Shown here in pieces: positions 61,801-64,000 of a stretch of DNA of 64,000 nt. The notes below the pieces were generated by a model that saw only the letters and a list, made by a program, of their open reading frames with translations, did not search any database and was not told where the DNA came from. Location of the stretch: IMG/VR virus record IMGVR_UViG_3300037422_000298; one strand, 5' to 3'. This DNA comes from a virus (lineage: Duplodnaviria; Caudoviricetes). Numbering within the stretch: the stretch's first letter is position 1; each line of letters opens with the position of its first letter. The translations under genes and the position numbers were made by a program.

Positions 61801-62261
61801 CGCAGCAACAGTTCCCGCAACAGCCGTTCCCGCAGCAGCCGTTCCCGCAGCAGCCGCAGTTCCAACCGGGATTCTTTCCTGACGAAGAGGAATTCTTTGG
61901 GCTCGGTCAGACGCCCGGCGTCACGGCGGACTCGACCGAAGTTCCGACGAACGTCTCAACTCCACCCGTCACGACGACAGGAACGGTTGCACCGACCATC
62001 ACCGAAGCGGACTTCGAAAAGAAGACCGGGCAGGTTCCGTTCTTCAAGAAGCCGCTGTTCTGGGTCGTCGTTGCAGGTGTCGCGATCGTCGGTGGCGGGA
62101 TCTGGTTCATGCGGCGCAAGACTGTCGCCGCTGGACTCGGTGGCGCGTGCCCCGAGGGTCAGCTCTGGATCGAATCGCGCGAAACCTGCGTCAACGCCAA
62201 GAAGTACTGGGATGATCCAGAAGGCACACTTCGCAAGCTGGGGCCGCGTCGGAGGCGCTGA
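55860..62261 (+). CDS. Five paralogous TM-anchored virion proteins (55860-56852, 56859-58775, 58840-59937, 59937-61448, 61473-62261)
   Basis: Shared P.GTI...S...(W/Y/F)R(I/V)A.P module and TG.(L/V)P..K.PLFW..V.GG...RRRR anchor. Confidence 0.8.
61491..61562 (+). repeat. 15-bp tandem repeat encoding PQQQF; a related tract lies at ~61750-61865
   Basis: CAGTTCCCGCAACAG units. Confidence 0.9.
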
Positions 62262-62264
62262 ACC

Positions 62265-64000
62265 GTGGCTGCGATCGAAGAACGTAAGGGCGTGCTGTTG
62301 GGGATCGCTGGTCTCCTCCTCTCGGCAGGCATCATGATCGCGATGGGCTTCCACAAGCCCGTCCGACGACACGCGCGTACGCGGCGCTAACCTGCGATCG
62401 CGCGCGCGATCGTGATACAGTTACCGCGTGTTTCAGGCGTCACGCATGCCGACGTTCGCGACGTCAGTCGGGGTTGCACCGTCGACTACGACGATGCAGC
62501 TTTCTGATGCCTGTGACCCTGTAACGGCGTGCAGTCCTGCGGCGACTGCAATTTGGCGGTCACAGAGAAGCGGCATGCCGATGTTGGTGCCCGCGGCCGT
62601 GCCGCAAGCACCGCCAACGCCGCGACCTGCGCCTGAAGCACTGCCGATGTTCCTACCGGAACCGGAAATCACTCGCGCCCATCCGAGGTTCTATATGCCC
62701 TACGCATCACTCGAAGATCTGCGTTCCGCTGCTGGCCTCGGGATCATCAACGAGTCCGACGCATGGCTGACCGGACGTCCGTACGGCCTGCCGGGGACCG
62801 CCACCGTGCGGTTGATGCAGCGTCCGGGTGGCTATCACAGCCCGAACGGCTACCACTACGACGCCACGATGGTCGGCGGTGGATTCGGCGACGCCGATAC
62901 GCAAGCAATCAACACGACGATGCAGCAGCTCGTCGTCGCGCAGCAAGCACAGCAAGCGCATCTCAAGCGCATCGCGTTCTGGCAGGCCTTGACGGGTGGT
63001 CTCGTCGTCGGCTCGATCGCAGTCGGTACGGTTCTCGGGATCGTCGGCGCTGTTCGTCAGCAGCGTCGTCGTGGAGGTCGGTGATGCTCGGTATCTACGT
63101 CAACGAGATGCAACGCAGTGTCGGCTTCGGCAATGCGGGCGGCTACTACCGAACCCGCATCGTTCCGTACAGACACTTCGCGCCGTACCGCCCCGGCGCG
63201 ATCGCCGTCGATCGCCGCACGCACCTCGGTGACGTTCCCAACGACTTCGAAGCATCAGTCGATCTGCAGTACATCCCCGTTCGACAGGGTTGGTACTACG
63301 GGCAGCCGGTCGACGGTCGCGGGTACCCCGACAGGTCCAATGGGTTCGGTCAAGCGCCACCGACGACACCTACGACGTCCACCGAGCTGGATCGCATTGC
63401 GAAGCTCGAACGCACGCAGACGATCCTTCAAATCGTCTCGACGATTTCGATCGCGGCGATTGCATCACTGACGATCGCCAAGGCCGTCGTCTCCGTTCGA
63501 CGCCGTCGATTCGGGCTCACGGCGGAAGAAGATTGATCGTTATGCCACGACGTAAGATCAAAGGTCAGTTCTGTGAAAAGACGCTCGCGCCCAAGACGGC
63601 GTTCGACAAGCGGAGCTTTCGCTATAAGAAGTCCGGCAAGAGCTGGCTGCTCGTCGGTTGTCCAACAGGCAAGTGGAACGCGAAGACGAACTACTGTCGT
63701 GTTGGGACACGTGCGCACAAACTTCTCGCGGCTCGCCGCGGTACAAGTTGTCCAACCAACGCCAAGCGCGTCGTGAAATAAGGAGATCTGATGCTCACCG
63801 TCAACTACAGCGGTTTTGGTACGACTCTCAGTCCTTCGCAGCAGGCCGCGCAGCCGCGATACACGTGCGCCGAGCGAAACACCAAGGGTCGATGCATGAG
63901 GTGGGTCCAGAGAGCATCAGGGTTTGGATGGGGGTTCGGCGCAGCACTCACCGAAGACGAGATCATCAAGCTCGCGCAAGAAGTCTCCGAGAAGGCGAAT
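62265..64000 (+). CDS. Further small TM/basic virion genes (62265-62390, 62446-63084, 63084-63536, 63542-63781, 63791->64000 truncated)
   Basis: GFG motifs, TM + RRRR tails; AGGAG RBS before 63791. Confidence 0.6.

Larger units (their letters stand above)
15892..62411. promoter_or_regulatory. Dispersed 16-bp palindrome GATCGC-N4-GCGATC (~20 copies) just upstream of structural genes
   Basis: Copies at 15892, 21828, 23559, 25905, 27351, 28623, 34585, 41433, 42086, 44975, 46176, 52409, 53465, 55830, 58805, 62396; variants at 31520, 48297, 50365, 50464; also 7191 and 9868. Confidence 0.85.

Noticed and set aside
1-64000. tRNA/rRNA genes, terminase, portal, DNA polymerase
   Set aside because: No recognisable motifs by eye; they may lie outside the window.

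Overview
This is a 64-kb, GC-rich, gene-dense segment of a large bacterial virus. The host is probably a myxobacterium, which I infer from a Cys-rich lipoprotein and from the decoded array targets. Blocks of small + strand accessory genes (1-12150, 16354-20704) alternate with structural modules. These modules contain a candidate single-jelly-roll major capsid protein, a transglutaminase-like Cys enzyme, dozens of proteins with a transmembrane anchor and Arg-rich tail, cell-wall enzymes and spike proteins. I recognised no terminase, portal or tail-tube genes, which suggests a tailless, membrane-containing virion. The main result is at 6357-10379: a solo RAMP/Cas7-like gene, a ~2.5-kb non-coding array of ~42 units, and a conserved accessory gene. 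Each unit is a GGCAGTC separator followed by strictly 5-nt-periodic [GGY-like triplet + variable NN] blocks. Reading only the NN dinucleotides, reverse-complemented, as codon positions 1-2 gives protein-like strings and recognisable motifs (Walker A LKMTTGAGKT, P63C IVALVDEATGYQ, kinase GTPGYM). This points to a wobble-skipping, non-contiguous RNA-guide code, similar to the VIPR-type systems as I recall them. Other highlights: ~20 copies of a GATCGC-N4-GCGATC palindrome upstream of structural genes, an HNH gene that replaced the 3' end of a vWA gene with a recoded copy, and catalytically eroded recombinase and Nudix genes. All annotation is by eye, without database searches.
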